Assembly: GCF_001194135.2 (NCBI RefSeq) | Contig: NC_068987.1 | Location: 80,436,528-80,469,837 of the forward strand | Source: Octopus bimaculoides | Taxonomy: Eukaryota | Direction: 5' to 3' | DNA length: 33,310 nucleotides | In this document: positions 11,094 to 20,935 of the stretch, in pieces | Position numbering within the stretch: the first letter of the stretch is position 1 | How the letters are laid out: the number at the start of each line of letters is the position of its first letter | Position numbers and translations under genes: made by a program | Notes under the pieces: model-generated | Databases searched by the model: none | Told to the model about the DNA's origin: nothing | Seen by the model: only the letters and a program-made list of their open reading frames with translations

Positions 11094-11527
11094 AAGGCGG
11101 CAAGCTGGAAGAAGCGTTAGCACGCCGGGCGAAATGCTTAACTGTATTTCATCTGCCGTTACGTTCTGAATTCAACTTCTGCCAAGGTCGACTTTGTCTT
11201 TCATTTTTTCGGGGTCGATAAATTAAGTACCAGTTACGCACAGGGGTCGATGTAATCGACTTAATCCCTTTGTCTGTCCTTGTTTGTCCCCTCTATGTTT
11301 AGCCCCTTGTGGGCAATAAAGAAATAAGAAACGTTAGCACACCGGGCGAAATGATTAGAGGTATTTCGTCAGTTTTTATGTTCTGAGTTTAAATTCCAAT
11401 GAGGTCGACTTTGCCTTTCATCCTTTCGGGGTCGATAAATTAAGTATCAGTTGTGCACTGAGGTCGAGCTAATCGACTGGCCCCCTCCCCCAAAATTTCG
11501 GGCCTTGTGCCTAAAGTAGAAAAGAAT
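11094..11527 (+). mobile_element. Two tandem SINE family A copies (11094-11327 and 11328-11527) with different 3' tails
   Basis: Both have the cgttagcac.ccgggcgaaatg and ggtcgactttg..tttcat..tttcggggtcgataaattaagta body. The tails diverge after taatcgact. Confidence 0.88.
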
Positions 11528-11594
11528 GCTTAATTTTTAGAAGCTCTTGAATAATAACCGCTGAATAAATGTCATAACAACTGCGTATACGTTA

Positions 11595-11820
11595 TACTTG
11601 TTTCTGTCGTTAAACTGCGGCCATGCTGGGGCACCGCATTGAAGAATCTAGTCGAACAAATCGACTCCAGTACTTACCTGTCTGGCTCTTATAAGTCTTG
11701 TTCTTATTCTATCAGTCTCTTTTGACGACACGCTAGTTTATATAGACGTATATATGCCAATACTGATTTCCAAGCAGTTGAGGGCATAATCACAAAACCA
11801 CGTACATACACACAATCATA
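11595..11820 (-). mobile_element. SINE family B 3' half
   Basis: actgcggccatgctggggcacc...cttattctatcagtctcttttg...cgctag matches the reverse complement of the family B tail. Confidence 0.6.
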
Positions 11821-11844
11821 CATACTTTTTCTCTTTTTAGCCTT

Positions 11845-12078
11845 TTCTTGTTTTAGTCATTACACTCTGACCATCCTGGGTGGGGTACGGCCTTCAAAAA
11901 TTTTCAGTCGAATGAATCGAATCCAATACTTAATACTTTTAAGTCTCATACTTACTCTATCGGTCTTTTTTCCTGCACCACTTACTCACGGGGAAGTAAA
12001 CACACCAAGACCGGTTGTCAAGTGGTGGTGGGGACAAACACAGGCACAAAGACACACACGCACACGCGCGCACACACG

Positions 12079-12120
<42 letters not shown>

Positions 12121-12242
12121 CACGACAGGTTTGGCTGGATGAAGCTACAGTAGAAGACACGCAAGATGCCACGCAGTGAGACTGAACTCGGAATAATGTG
12201 GTTGGGAAGCAAGCATCTTACCACACAACCGCACCTGTGCCT
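11845..12242 (-). mobile_element. SINE family B copy
   Basis: The reverse head atgtggttgggaagcaagcatcttaccac is at the right end, (CA)n in the middle and the tail at the left. Confidence 0.75.
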
Positions 12243-12449
12243 ATATAATACATATACATACATGTGTGGGTTAGTATACATATATATACAGATAGATAGA
12301 TAGATAGATAGAAAGACGACGTGCTTCCACACTGTTTCTGCCTGCCAAATTGGTCGACCTTTAAATAGTTATCTTCAATTTAGCTTTTGCTGACCCAGGT
12401 CCGGTGGCGACCTACTCTCACATCATTCACAGGGGGCTCCCGTTATTTC

Positions 12450-12690
12450 CCTCAACTTCAGTGGAGTCTTCGATTTCTCTCTGGCATGTGAAACTTCGAC
12501 AAAAAAAAACCCTGCCTTCGGGCTCCGTTTATCTTTTGTATCAGTAGCTTCCAATCACATCTCACCATAGCAGCATTTGTTGATGGAAATCCTTCCACCT
12601 TACTGTCAATCAACTTTGCTGTGCCTCAGGATTCGGTTTCTTTTTTTTTTTTTGCCACTGCTCATCAATGACGTACTTAATGTATATTTT
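12450..12690 (+). mobile_element. Decayed LINE reverse-transcriptase fragment (Jockey/CR1-like superfamily, clade uncertain)
   Basis: LNFSGVFD...KNPAFG (like LDISKAFD...KLPSYG), ISSFQSHLTIAAFVDGNPSTLLSINFAVPQDSV (like ISSFLS...INSGVPQGSV), then LINDVL after a poly-T run. Confidence 0.72.
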
Positions 12691-13270
12691 TGACCACGTC
12701 TAACTAACAATGCCTATTCTTAAACAGTAATACAACCCTTCTTTCTTTTCTAACCATGCATCCTAGACACCATACGCTAAACCTGTTTTCATTTCAGTGA
12801 GGCCATGCCAGTCTTGTCTCTTTTAACAGTAAAATTCCTTCCAAATAAAATTCGAAAAATTCAACGTACAATGTGATCTTTTTGACTAAATTTATCCGTT
12901 TTGTTTCAATTTTTTTATACTGATGCAACTTTGCATGTGTTTGTTCATCTATTCGCGAATTTAATTATTTGTCTATGTATGATTCTATGAAGCTTACAAT
13001 TTAATATTTATATCAAGGCCAGTGGATACACCGAACCCGTAGCACGGCAGGAAAAAACATTACAGCTTATAAATATGTTCGCCTCGACTAAAATGTGAAA
13101 CGTTGTGCTGAAATTAGATATCAATGTCTATGCTATTTGATGAATTTAGCAAACGGCCAAATAACAAATATATCTAACAAACAAGATAAATTCATAAAGC
13201 AAACTTTTAAAACGTTTTTTTTTTTTTCAATAAATAAGACTAAAAATAATATCTCAGAATACAACCTTAC

Positions 13271-13479
13271 TTCTTTTAGGATCCCATCTTGGTCTTGCAA
13301 AGGAACCACATTTATGGCAGACTCTCTTTTCGCAATCACAACAAACTCGTCCAATTCCGTCGGGGAATTTCACTCGGAAACACAGTTGGCAGAGACGAAG
13401 ATCGACGTAACCACTGGTTTTCTGGGTAGCAAACTCAGTAGATAGTGTCTCGTATTTTTCAAGTGCCATCTTTATGTTC
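13271..13479 (-). CDS. Coding exon B of the RIM-like gene (FYVE-like zinc finger, first 6 Cys ligands)
   Basis: Acceptor tttttgcAG|G at 13481/13479. The AG from exon A plus this G gives Arg and stays in frame: ...DRI-R-NIKMALEKYETLSTEFATQKTSGYVDLRLCQLCFRVKFPDGIGRVCCDCEKRVCHKCGSFARPRWDPKR. The CxxC-xxKFxDGxG-xxCxxC-x4-CxxCG pattern is typical of the RIM zinc finger. The best donor is AGAA|GTaagg (13271); alternative GTs would end the exon at 13266 or 13263. Confidence 0.9.
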
Positions 13480-13851
13480 CTGCAAAAATACGTGGAGTTA
13501 GAATTCTACTTGCATTTAATGACTAAATATTATGAAGGAAAACTGCTGCTGCACATGACAAGGAAGAGATTTATATTAGCTTCATACTTCATAGAAGAAT
13601 ATTTGTTCTATAATGGAACACGAGGTGCATGTAACTTCAAACAAATGAAAGTGTTTTCGTAAATCTATTATAAAATAAATTGCTACTTTCCACGTCGAGA
13701 AAGCAAGAGAATGGAATGAAATGGTTATTATTAAAAAATTTTCCTTACATCATTCTTTTTATTGTATATTTCTGTTCAGATACAAACACCTCTGTTTTTT
13801 TCCCTGTCTATACCACTGTATTTGTAGCTTCTTGTAAACCTTTGTACTCAG

Positions 13852-14520
13852 CCACTATCCTGCACCTGATCAGAGATGCACACATCGTCAGTCACTAAAC
13901 GACATGCTCAACTGTTTAGGGTCAAGCAACTGACAAGCAGAATATTTGCTGTAGCCCATCTTTTTATACCAAAACAAGCCATGTACATAATAACACTTCA
14001 AAGTAGTTAAAATCAGAAGTCATGAGGGCCTATTACTGAGAGAGAGAGTGAGAGCAGCGCATGCTATCAAAGTGACACTGGTGTACAAATATACGAAGCC
14101 CAATATACCCGTCGCACATGCACCACAATCATATGTGCGCAAAATGGTGATCTCATATCAAGGAAAATTGTGCATGACCTTGTAGGTGTCGGCCAGTTAG
14201 GATTTTCTTCAGGTTGAAAAGCCCACCCCACTCAAAAGATCCCTGAATAAGGTCTGTTTTAAGGATAATAGACAAAACACCCACGCCTCTAGAAGTCAAT
14301 GATTCAAACCCCAAATAACTCTCAACACATGACTATGATGCTCCCCCACTACTTCTGCTCATGATCAGAGATGCACATATTGTCAGCCACTATGATGCTC
14401 AGCTGGTTAAGGTCAAACAACTGACAGGAAAATCTGTGGTATTGAACAGTATATTGGCTGCAACCCATCTTTCATACCAAGACAAAACACTTCCAATCAG
14501 TTAAGATTAAAAGCCATGAG
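13852..14520. repeat. Interspersed repeat with ~175-bp imperfect direct repeats (13852-14026 and 14346-14520)
   Basis: Both copies share ccacta..tgatcagagatgcaca.at.gtcag.cacta..atgctca.ctg.tta.ggtcaa.caactgaca..cccatcttt.atacca..acactt..agttaa.at.a.aag.catgag. Confidence 0.8.
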
Positions 14521-14533
14521 AACCACCACCAGA

Positions 14534-14564
<31 letters not shown>

Positions 14565-14570
14565 GTTGTT
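14534..14570. repeat. (TAT)n microsatellite
   Basis: Read directly from the sequence. Confidence 0.95.
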
Positions 14571-14571
14571 A

Positions 14572-14758
14572 TAAAGGTGACGAGCTGACAGAACCGTTAG
14601 AGCGTCCTCCAAAATACTTAGCAGTATTCAACCTTCTGTATTCAACCTTATCTTACATCCTATTTGAGTCGATAAAAATATGTACCACTGAAATACTGGG
14701 GTAGCTATAATCGCCTTACCCCTTCACCCTAAAACTGCTGGCCTTGTTCAAAAATATT
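14572..14758 (+). mobile_element. SINE family A copy, degenerate
   Basis: aaggtgacgagctgacagaaccgttag...gtcgataaaa...gtaccactgaaatactgggg...ctggccttg. Confidence 0.7.
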
Positions 14759-14761
14759 ATC

Positions 14762-14828
14762 ATCAGCAGAAGCAGCAACAGCAGCAGCAACAGCAACAGC
14801 AGCGGCAGCAGCAACAACGGCTGCAGCA
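14762..14828. repeat. Imperfect (CAG/CAA)n microsatellite
   Basis: catcagcagaagcagcaacagcagcagcaacagcaacagcagcggcagcagcaacaacggctgcagca. Confidence 0.9.
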
Positions 14829-14940
14829 TTGGCTTTCGAAGCGTACACATATGTATTTGTTCCGTTCTGTAACTCAGCTGTATTTATAACATTACCAAAT
14901 GATTTTTTTTAAAGGACTTCCTAAAAAGGATTATGATTAC

Positions 14941-14967
14941 CTGGTGGCGGAAAATCGCCCTCAATAC
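14941..14967 (-). other. Candidate 27-nt cryptic micro-exon or recursive-splice exon
   Basis: The minus strand reads tttttCTAATtgactttcAG|GTATTGAGGGCGATTTTCCGCCACCAG|GTaatc: branch-point-like CTAAT, pyrimidine tract, CAG acceptor and CAG|GTAAT donor. Confidence 0.45.
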
Positions 14968-15311
14968 CTGAAAGTCAATTAGAAAAAGGCTTCTTTTTAC
15001 AGATCGTATTTATTTTCATGCACATTTTCACTTTCAAGATGGCCACCTCACTCAAACATAAAGTATTACAATACCAAACCAGGAACAGACAAAAAGAAAT
15101 ACAGAAATGAATGAGCACGAAGCAACTGAAATTGTTGATGAACAATTAAAAAAAAGAAAATAATCTAAACAATCTAACAAATAATTTTGAAGATTGCAAT
15201 AATAACAACTACAGTGACATTCACGAAGAGTCGAGCACATTAAATCACTCATGTATAAATTTGTCTCAATCTTTACGTGAAGCGAACAACCAGAATTTCT
15301 AAACTTAATAG

Positions 15312-16999
15312 TCTAGGATCATGTCGTAGGTTTTCTTATAATCTATCCATGCTATTGTTGGATTTTTCTTCCTCGCTTTTACTTCGTTTGGAACTTTTGT
15401 CTATGTATAATACATCATGTGTTCCTCTAGTCTTCTTCCTGCACCCTTTCTGCTCTTCTGGCAGTAAATTCTGGTTGTCAAAGTGCTCATAAATGCTTTC
15501 TGAAAGCATGCCTGTTAACAGCTTCCACACCAATGGGAAGCAAATGATTGGTCTTATTATTGCTAGCTGTATTACTCTCGCTTCTATCTTTCATAAGGAG
15601 TATTGTCCTGCCCTAGTCATCCAATCTGGTATTATTCTTCCATTAAAGCAATCCTGGAGTTTCTCCTTCAGCCGCTAATGTAAACTACTAAATTTCTTTA
15701 GCCAATACCCTTGAACTAAATATGGTCCTGGGCCCTTCCAATTCGGCATTTTTCCTAACACTTTACTCATTAATACACTAGTTAGTCTTAGATCTGGCTG
15801 CTTCTCACTCAGTACTTCTTCCCTCACTTTCTTTAACCATACTGCGTCTCAATTATGATTGACTGGCTGATCACAAATATAACTTCAGAACTTTTTAGTT
15901 TCTTCTGCATTAGGTTTCTCATCTTCACTACTTAGTTTTCCACTACGTATTTGGTTATAAAATCTCCTCTGGTCTGTCTCAAATAATTTATTCTGTTGAT
16001 ACTGATCAATTCTCATCTGATATCTGGAGAGTTTGTCTGAAACTGCTATGACACGCTGTTTCAACTCTTCTATGACTGTCCAAAATCCTTTTTCTTTGAC
16101 TAAATATCTTTTCTCGATAAAACATTTGCATCTTGTGTTTTCTAATTTGTTCAGTTTCCAGGTTTCTATTCTACTTAGATCTTGTCTTAAAGTCTTCACT
16201 TTATTTTGTAGTCTCTTTTTCCATATTTGCTCTTTTTTAATCTTTCCTTGTGAGATATCTAATCTTCTGGTGACTAGTACCCCTCCTGCATAGATCAATA
16301 AGATATTGCCTCCTATATCTTTAGTATCTATCCTTCTGATAACAGAATCTACTTTCCTAGTCATATCTAGCATCTTCCTTCTGTTGATGTCTTTTAATGC
16401 TGGCAATATTTTTCTTACGTCTTTACTCATCTAAATTCTTTTGATCTTCCTCACTTAAATCACGTAAGTCGAAGGTGCCAGTTATTCCTTCCTTATTGGT
16501 AGCGCTTTTATTATTTTTTCATTTAGATTCTTCTTTGGTCTGAGCTGTATCTCATATGTTGTTATTTGTCTTTCCTACTGCCTGACCTTTCATTTCCAGT
16601 TCACTTGTGATCTCTTCCGCCTCCAATTCTGTCATCCACTTTCTTCTCCTAATACCATTAGCTTAATCTACTAATCTCTGCTCAGTCACTTTAAGCATAC
16701 CCTACTCTACCCAAAGTCTTGCCATCTGTTTTCTATAGCCACTTCTTTTATGTTCACTTTCTAAGTAGCACTGCCTCGCTATCCTGTTTACTTCGCTGGT
16801 TCACTTTCTCTATTATCTACTGATGCTGTATTAGGATAACAGCTGTGGTCAGTCTGCATCTTCACTGAGCCACTGTCGAGCGACAGGCCTTCTCTTAAAC
16901 GTCCAGCTTCATCTGACTATTACAGACAGAGTTTCTACGGAAATTCCTGCCTCTCATAAACTGAGGTAAGGTAACGTTCGTCACAAACTTCATCACCTC
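15312..16999 (-). mobile_element. R4/Dong-clade non-LTR retrotransposon fragment (5' region to early RT, 3' truncated, degenerate)
   Basis: Motifs [115 protein letters not shown] and [11 protein letters not shown]. The 5' end abuts a (TAA)n tract. Confidence 0.85.

Positions 17000-17031
<32 letters not shown>
17000..17031. repeat. (TTA)n microsatellite between the R4-type LINE and a SINE
   Basis: Read directly from the sequence. Confidence 0.95.
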
Positions 17032-17034
17032 GAT

Positions 17035-17250
17035 TAAGGGTGAGAGCTAGCTGAATCGTTAGCAGTGTTGGACAAAATGCTTAGCGGTATTTCGTCCGTT
17101 CTTACGTTTTGAATTAAAATTCCACCGAGGTCGACTTTGCTTAACATCCTTTCGGGGTCGATAAAATAAGGACCAGGTGAGAACTGGGATCGATGTAGTC
17201 GACATACCCCTCCCCCGAAATTGCTGGCTTTGAGCCAAAATTCGAAACTA
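17035..17250 (+). mobile_element. SINE family A copy
   Basis: gagctagctgaatcgttagca...aaatgcttagcggtatttcgtcc...gaggtcgactttgc...catcctttcggggtcgataaaataag. Confidence 0.85.
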
Positions 17251-18329
17251 TTGTTGTTGCTGTTGTTCTTATTGCTGTTTTTGTGTTGGTAAAGAAAGTC
17301 AAATTTTAATTGTAAGTCAACGAAACCGAACGCTGTTATGTCAAAGAATCAACAAAAAAATATGTTACCTTTATACTTCCAAATATTCTTATGTAGCCAC
17401 CTATGAACGGAGTTTCATTCAATCTATTGTATTTTGTTTATTTCTTAGAACAACTTCTAACACATTTTTTGAAAGAGGCACGGTTTTAAGTTCTTAATAA
17501 ACAACAGCCACATTTTTTCAAGCAAAACTTTCCAACAAGAATCAAAAGCATTCTTTCAGTACTTTCTGAATGTAAAACAGACTTTTAATTTGAACAAAGA
17601 GTGTTTTCATTGATACATTAAAAGTAATAAACATTCAAAAGTCTGACTGCATATTACAATTTCATGTGCTTTATGAACTATTCTTGAAACAATAATAAAT
17701 TTGTACTCTACAAATGTATTGAATAACCCTCTAGATTGATGTAAAGTTGTTTTTATCATAAATGAACATAAAAACAAACATCAATACATGTATGTATTGA
17801 AATATATATATTCGATTTAATGCTTTATAAAACAGACACGCGTTTCCTGAAATCATTGTCACGATTACATAATTGCTGTTGAAAAATTATATAATCTTGT
17901 AATCACTTCTTACATATGTATGTTTCTGTTTGTTAATTATTTAATTTGTTAGTAAGAGCTGGAATACTTAATACTTAATGCCGATAGATGTTGCATGAAT
18001 AAGTAATGCGAATTACTTGTAGAATTAACTTCAATGTAATTATCTTAAAATGAACAAAATGTAATTATCTTAAAGTGAACAAAATTTCAACTACATTGTT
18101 GTGGCGAAATATAATGTTCGCTACGACATAGATAAGAAAAGAATGTCAAAAAGATGATATATAAATGGCGTACAGAAAATGCCAAGCGATTGGCTAATGG
18201 GAAACTCAAAATACAGAAATTTTCCATGTCATATGTAAATTAATTAAAATGTAAACATACGTGTGTGTGTGCGTGTGTGTGTGTAGGGTCTCTATACCGT
18301 TTTCTATGTAATCATATAAATAAATAAAT

Positions 18330-18590
18330 GCGCCATTTTAAAGCCTAACCAGGCTCATGGGCCCGGTTTCCCAGTTTCAATGGCGTACGTGTACTCCAGC
18401 TGGACGGGACGCCAGTCCATCGCAGCGTTAGACCCTCTTGGCAGCTGAGTGGACTGGAGCAACGTGAAATGAAGTGATTTGCTCAAAAATGCAACGCGTC
18501 GCCCGGTGCAGGAATCGAAACCACAATCACGGTGCTGACACCCTACGATCATGGTGCTGACACCCTAATCACTAAGCCAAGCACCTCCAC
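18330..18590 (-). mobile_element. SINE family C copy (tRNA-like head with A/B boxes)
   Basis: The minus strand reads gtggaggtgcttggcttagtgattagg...gtggtttcgattcctgcaccggg...ttgagcaaatcacttcatttcacgttgctccagtccactcagctg. Confidence 0.78.
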
Positions 18591-18854
18591 ATGTAATCGA
18601 ATACATGTGTATAAGTCGCACCTGCAATTAGTATTGCATGTAAATTTATGTGACAACGTAGTCATTCATTGTGGGCGCGTTTGAATTAATGTGGAGGTGG
18701 AAATATAAATTTATAATAGTCAGCGTGCACCTATATGTAATACATATGTACCCATGCTTGCTATTAGATATTTACTCACAAAATATGACCAAAGTATAAT
18801 ATAAATAAAATTATGACAGACCTACACGTTTTATATACGTACTTAAACATACAC

Positions 18855-18906
<52 letters not shown>

Positions 18907-19395
18907 NNNNNNNNNNNNNNNNNNNNNNNNNNNNNNNNNNNNNNNNNNNNNNNNNNNNNNNNNNNNNNNNNNNNNNNNNNNNNNNNNNNNNNNNNNNNNN
19001 NNNNNNNNNNNNNNNNNNNNNNNNNNNNNNNNNNNNNNNNNNNNNNNNNNNNNNNNNNNNNNNNNNNNNNNNNNNNNNNNNNNNNNNNNNNNNNNNNNNN
19101 NNNNNNNNNNNNNNNNNNNNNNNNNNNNNNNNNNNNNNNNNNNNNNNNNNNNNNNNNNNNNNNNNNNNNNNNNNNNNNNNNNNNNNNNNNNNNNNNNNNN
19201 NNNNNNNNNNNNNNNNNNNNNNNNNNNNNNNNNNNNNNNNNNNNNNNNNNNNNNNNNNNNNNNNNNNNNNNNNNNNNNNNNNNNNNNNNNNNNNNNNNNN
19301 NNNNNNNNNNNNNNNNNNNNNNNNNNNNNNNNNNNNNNNNNNNNNNNNNNNNNNNNNNNNNNNNNNNNNNNNNNNNNNNNNNNNNNNNNNNNNNN
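18907..19395. other. Assembly gap
   Basis: N-run flanked by (AT)n on both sides. Confidence 1.
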
Positions 19396-20041
19396 ATATA
19401 TATATATATATATACTTATATATATATATATAACTGAAATGAATATGAACTTATGAAAGCCAAGTTGACTTTTTTTCAAAAATTACGCCGAGTTATCACA
19501 CCATACCTGACGATTCCTCTGTGGAAAAGGAAAAGCATTAAAAATCAGATATGTTTCTCTAAATTAACGTTACGTAGCGATGTAGAGAATTACCAAAGGC
19601 TAGGTTCAGTCGGCATTAACACCTGCAGAAATATTGATTAAAATGTTCTTTGAAGTCTAACGATTTCAGTTCTTGATAGTCGAAGAAAAGAAAGTTGTCT
19701 CCTTTCAAAACACGCGCTGCGCGTGCGTGCGTGATGATTTTATTTTGATAATGATTTTTAAATTAGTCATCTACTTCAATTAAGTTTCTATATAATTTCA
19801 GTATTTGGGGCTAAATCGTTTATAATTAGAGAACCTTTGGTGTTTAGATAAGAAATCTGTTTCATTGAATATGCTGTTCAGTTACAGTGAAAAATCTGTA
19901 CCAAAACTCCTATAGCTATATCCCGTTGAGATAATCGGTTTTCATCTGAACGCTGAAGTTAACCAACGTCGACCTTAGTTAATACTGAGGTGGGTGACAG
20001 CTTCCGAAACCTAGGTGCCGGAAGAGTAAACTTTATTGGCA

Positions 20042-20190
20042 CAGACATAGCTGCGAGTTGAAGAAGTTTGCTTAGCAAACTGTTGGTTTGGAGTTCGATC
20101 CTACAGCATGATATTTTGAACATATATTTTATACTGTAGCCTTGCGCTATTGTAAAATGTATAAGAAATAATTAGACGGAAACTGCGTGA
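20042..20190 (+). mobile_element. SINE family B 5' half, degenerate
   Basis: aagaagtttgcttagc...ggagttcgatcc...tagacggaaactg. Confidence 0.55.
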
Positions 20191-20771
20191 TATTTGTCAG
20201 ATGTGCGAGTGTGTGTGCGCACACATGTATACCTGTGTGTATGATTGTGCGTGTTTTCTATCTGTCTTTACGTTGATATCGCTTAATAAGTCCCTGTCTA
20301 TCTGACTCTATGTTGATATCGCTTAATAAAAGGGTTCTTCGTTTATGAAAGATGAAATATATAAACATTCAAGATGGCTCTCTATAGTAGTATCAGATAT
20401 CTCACCACTCAGAGGTGATGTTGGTGGTGCTGGTGCTGGTGGCTGACAGAGCGACAGACGAAATATATCAGCGAAGAATAGGAACGGTCTCTCTTGGCAA
20501 ATTTTCACACTACTTCCGTTTATTATAGAAGACACTTGTCTAAACTGCAGCTAGAGAGATTGAAGCTGAAATCACATAGTTTCAAAGCTAACCTAAAGAA
20601 ATAAGCAAACATATTCGCTACACATATATATGATGGAATTAGTCTCTCGTAGTCCGAGAAAGACAGTATTTCAATTTGTTGCTGAACGACCATCATAAAT
20701 GATTTGTTTATAATGATCAAATGTTCGTAGCGCACATTAGCTCACTTCCTCATCAAATCGATGTTGTCTGA

Positions 20772-20935
20772 ATAGGTACACTCTGTGCCACACGTCAGAT
20801 GTCGAAATGATCGCAGAGTAACATGAGATGAAGTGTTTTGCTTAAGAAAACAACGCAACACCCAGTCTAGGATTCGAAACCACGACCTCGTGATCGTGTG
20901 TGCAACACCCTGACCACTAGACCGCGCCCTGCTAC
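20772..20935 (-). mobile_element. SINE with family C-type head
   Basis: gagatgaagtgttttgct.aagaaaacaacgca..cccagtctaggattcgaaaccacgacctcgtgatcg. Confidence 0.65.

Noticed and set aside
13095-13445. Alternative-frame and antisense ORFs overlapping exons A and B (13095-13445, 13133-13354, 23448-23935)
   Set aside because: They are shadows of the real coding exons with no protein features.
14762-14828. (CAG)n as a possible polyQ or polyA coding exon
   Set aside because: It has no flanking splice sites or ORF and directly follows a SINE tail.
20323-20735. Two minus-strand ORFs including PPAPAPPTSPLS, a possible extra exon
   Set aside because: The Pro-rich part comes from a short CAC/CAG triplet repeat, and I found no convincing acceptor/donor pair compatible with phase 2.
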